The notes under the pieces: model-generated | Told to the model about the DNA's origin: nothing | The model's database searches: none | The model's input: the letters and a program-made list of their open reading frames with translations, nothing else | Shown here: piece after piece, positions 55,871-60,013 of the stretch | How the letters are laid out: the number at the start of each line of letters is the position of its first letter | How positions within the stretch are numbered: position 1 is the first letter of the stretch | Position numbers and translations under genes: made by a program | DNA from: Tubiluchus corallicola | Taxonomy: Eukaryota; Animalia; Priapulida | Length of the DNA stretch: 60,013 bases | Assembly (NCBI GenBank): GCA_030141605.1 | Contig: JAQGDQ010001135.1 | Coordinates: forward strand, 1-60,013 | Direction: 5' to 3'

Positions 55871-58800
55871 CTCAGTGGACGGACATAGATACCCCAAAGA
55901 GACTGACATACTCTGAGTCTGACACACTCAGCGGATGGACACAGATACCCCAAAGAGACTGACATACTCTGAGTCTGACACACTCAGCGGATGGACACAG
56001 ATACCCCAAAGAGACTGACATACTCTGAGTCTGACACACTCAGTGGACGGACACAGATGCCCCAAAGAGACTGACATACTCTGAGTCTGACACACTCAGC
56101 GGATGGACACAGATACCCCAAAGAGACTGACATACTCTGAGTCTGCCACACTCAGTAGACGGACATAGATACCCCAAAGAGACTGACATACTCTGAGTCT
56201 GTCACACTCAGTGGACGGACACAGATGCCCCAAAGAGAGTGACATACTCTGAGTCTGCCACACTCAGCGGATGGACATAGATACCCCAAAGAGACTGACA
56301 TACTCTGAGTCTGCCACACTCAGTGGACGGACACAGATGCCCCAAAGAGACTGACATACTCTGAGTCTGCCACACTCAGTGCACGGACATAGATGCCCCA
56401 AAGAGACTGACATACTCTGAGTCTGCCACACTCAGTGGACGGACATAGATGCCCCAAAGAGACTGACATACTCTGAGTCTGACACACTCAGTGGACGGAC
56501 ACAGATGCCCCAAAGAGACTGACATACTCTGAGTCTGCCACACTCAGTGCACGGACATAGATGCCCCAAAGAGACTGACATACTCTGAGTCTGCCACACT
56601 CAGTGGACGGACATAGATACCCCAAAGAGACTGACATACTCTGAGTCTGCCACACTCAGTGGACGGACATAGATGCCCCAAAGAGACTGACATACTCTGA
56701 GTCTGCCACACTCAGTGGACAGACATAGATGCCCCAAAGAGACTGACATACTCTGAGTCTGCCACACTCAGTGGACAGACATAGATACCCCAAAAGAGAC
56801 TGACATACTCTGAGTCTGCCACACTCAGTGGACGGACATAGATACCCCAAAGAGACTGACATACTCTGAGTCTGCCACACTCAGTGGACGGACATAGATG
56901 CCCCAAAGAGACTGACATACTCTGAGTCTGCCACACTCAGTGGACAGACATAGATGCCCCAAAGAGACTGACATACTCTGAGTCTGCCACACTCAGTGGA
57001 CAGACATAGATACCCCAAAGAGACTGACATACTCTGAGTCTGCCACACTCAGTGGACAGACATAGATGCCCCAAAGAGACTGACATACTCTGAGTCTGAC
57101 ACACTCAGTGGACAGACATAGATACCCCAAAGAGACTGACATACTCTGAGTCTGCCACACTCAGTGGACGGACACAGATGCCCCAAAGAGACTGACATAC
57201 TCTGAGTCTGCCACACTCAGTGCACGGACATAGATGCCCCAAAGAGACTGACATACTCTGAGTCTGCCACACTCAGTGGACGGACACAGATGCCCCAAAG
57301 AGACTGACATACTCTGAGTCTGCCACACTCAGTGGACGGACATAGATGCTCCAAAGAGACTGACATACTCTGAGTCTGCCACACTCAGTGGACAGACATA
57401 GATGCCCCAAAGAGATTGACATACTCTGAGTCTGCCACACTCAGTGGACGGACACAGATGCCCCAAAGAGACTGACATACTCTGAGTCTGACACACTCAG
57501 TGGACGGACACAGATGCCCCAAAGAGACTGACATACTCTGAGTCTGCCACACTCAGTGGACGGACATAGATGCTCCAAAGAGACTGACATACTCTGAGTC
57601 TGTCACACTCAGTGGACAGACACAGATGCCCTAAAGAGACTGACATACTCTGAGTCTGACACACTCAGTGGACAGACATAGATACCCCAAAGAGAGTGAC
57701 ATACTCTGAGTCTGCCACACTCAGTGGGCAGACACAGATGCCCCAAAGAGACTGACATACTCTGAGTCTGACACACTCAGTGGACAGACATAGATACCCC
57801 AAAGAGAGTGACATACTCTGAGTCTGCCACACTCAGTGGACGTACATAGATGCCCCAAAGAGACTGACATACTCTGAGTCTGCCACACTCAGTGGACGAA
57901 CACAGATGCCCCAAAGAGACTGACATACTCTGAGTCTGCCACACTCAGTGGACAGACATAGATGCCCCAAAGAGAGTGACATACTCTGAGTCTGCCACAC
58001 TCAGTGGACGGACACAGATGCCCCAAAGAGACTGACATACTCTGAGTCTGTCACACTCAGTGGACGGACACAGATGCCCCAAAGAGAGTGACATACTCTG
58101 AGTCTGCCACACTCAGTGGACGGACATAGATGCCCCAAAGAGACTGACATACTCTGAGTCTGCCACACTCAGTGGACGGACATAGATGTCCCAAAGAGAC
58201 TGACATACTCTGAGTCTGCCACACTCAGTGGACGGACATAGATGCCCCAAAGAGACTGACATACTCTGAGTCTGCCACACTCAGTGGACGGACACAGATG
58301 CCCCAAAGAGACTGACATACTCTGAGTCTGTCACACTCAGTGGACAGACACAGATGCCCCAAAGAGAGTGACATACTCTGAGTCTGCCACACTCAGTGGA
58401 CAGACATAGATACCCCAAAGAGAGTGACATACTCTGAGTCTGCCACACTCAGTGGACGTACATAGATACCCCAAAGAGACTGACATACTCTGAGTCTGCC
58501 ACACTCAGTGGACAGACACAGATGCCCCAAAGAGAGTGACATACTCTGAGTCTGCCACACTCAGTGGACAGACACAGATACCCCAAAGAGACTGACATAC
58601 TCTGAGTCTACCACACTCAGTGGACGGACACAGATGCCCCAAAGAGAGTGACATACTCTGAGTCTGCCACACTCAGTGGACGGACATAGATGCTCCAAAG
58701 AGACTGACATACTCTGAGTCTGGCACACTCAGTGGACGGACACAGATGCCCCAAAGAGAGTGACATACTCTGAGTCTGCCACACTCAGTGCACGGACATA

Positions 58801-60013
58801 GATGCCCCAAAGAGACTGACATACTCTGAGTCTGCCACACTCAGTGGACAGACACAGATGCCCCAAAGAGACTGACATACTCCGAGTCTGGCACACTCAG
58901 TGGACGGACATAGATGCCCCAAAGAGACTGACATACTCTGAGTCTGCCACACTCAGTGGACGGACACAGACGTCCCAAAGAGACTGACATACTCTGAGTC
59001 TGACACACTCAGTGGACGGACACAGATGCCCCAAAGAGACTGACATACTCTGAGTCTGACACACTCAGTGGACGGACATAGATGCCCCAAAGAGACTGAC
59101 ATACTCTGAGTCTGGCACACTCAGTGGACAGACACAGATGCCCCAAAGAGACTGACATACTCTGAGTCTGACACACTCAGTGGACGGACATAGATGCCCC
59201 AAAGAGACTGACATACTCTGAGTCTGTCACACTCAGTGGACGGACATAGATGCCCCAAAGAGAGTGACATACTCTGAGTCTGCCACACTCAGTGCACGGA
59301 CATAGATGCCCCAAAGAGACTGACATACTCTGAGTCTGACACACTCAGTGGACGGACATAGATGCCCCAAAGAGACTGACATACTCTGAGTCTGCCACAC
59401 TCAGTGGACGGACACAGATGCCCCAAAGAGAGTGACATACTCTGAGTCTGCCACACTCAGTGCACGGACATAGATGCCCCAAAGAGACTGACATACTCTG
59501 AGTCTGCCACACTCAGTGGACAGACACAGATGCCCCAAAGAGACTGACATACTCTGAGTCTGCCACACTCAGTGGACAGACATAGATGCCCCAAAGAGAG
59601 TGACATACTCTGAGTCTGACACACTCAGTGGACGGACATAGATGCCCCAAAGAGACTGACATACTCTGAGTCTGCCACACTCAGTGGACGGACATAGATG
59701 CCCCAAAGAGACTGACATACTCTGAGTCTGCCACACTCAGTGGACGGACATAGATACCTCAAAGAGACTGACATACTCTGAGTCTGCCACACTCAGTGGA
59801 CAGACACAGATGCCCTAAAGAGACTGACATACTCTGAGTCTGCCACACTCAGTGGACAGACACAGATGCCCCAAAGAGACTGACATACTCTGAGTCTGCC
59901 ACACTCAGTGGACGGACATAGATGCTCCAAAGAGACTGACATACTCTGAGTCTGCCACACTCAGTGGACGGACATAGATGCCCCAAAGAGACTGACATAC
60001 TCTGAGTCTGCCA
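55871..60013. repeat. 56-bp satellite, ~74 copies, running off the right edge (in a gene C intron)
   Basis: CTCAGTGGACGGACATAGATGCCCCAAAGAGACTGACATACTCTGAGTCTGCCACA; period 56. Confidence 0.96.

Noticed and set aside
55871-60013. CRISPR-like appearance of the regular arrays (also 13049-14133 and 27188-27880)
   Set aside because: Head-to-tail units with no unique spacers, no cas genes, and a spliceosomal eukaryotic context.

Overview
AT-rich, intron- and repeat-rich animal (probably invertebrate) genomic DNA; all four protein-coding loci I can support lie on the minus strand. (1) 1-20689: the first 14 coding exons of the class III PI3-kinase gene PIK3C3/Vps34, running off the left edge before the kinase domain. 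(2) 26558-36667 and (3) 41489-45949: two paralogous Ig-superfamily genes (signal peptide, V-type Ig, split C2-type Ig, third Ig, C-terminal GPI-type hydrophobic tail). Gene A (41489-45949) is intact at 372 aa. Gene B has a ~2.9-kb V+C2 cassette in about three copies, strongly diversified V exons, and a deletion that truncates the third Ig exon. (4) 53695-55780: the last two exons of a gene whose tail carries a tandem ITIM (LTYADL) and ITSM (TVYSQI); the rest lies beyond the right edge. Together (2)-(4) look like a fast-evolving recognition-receptor cluster, an inhibitory receptor next to GPI-anchored V-domain paralogs. That is an inference, because the ectodomain of gene (4) is not in the window. 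Also present: a 5S-rRNA-headed SINE family, hAT, P-like and Tc1/mariner MITEs, LINE and Gypsy fragments, and many locus-specific minisatellites, two of which duplicate splice sites. Exon boundaries and counts were read by eye; no database searches were run.
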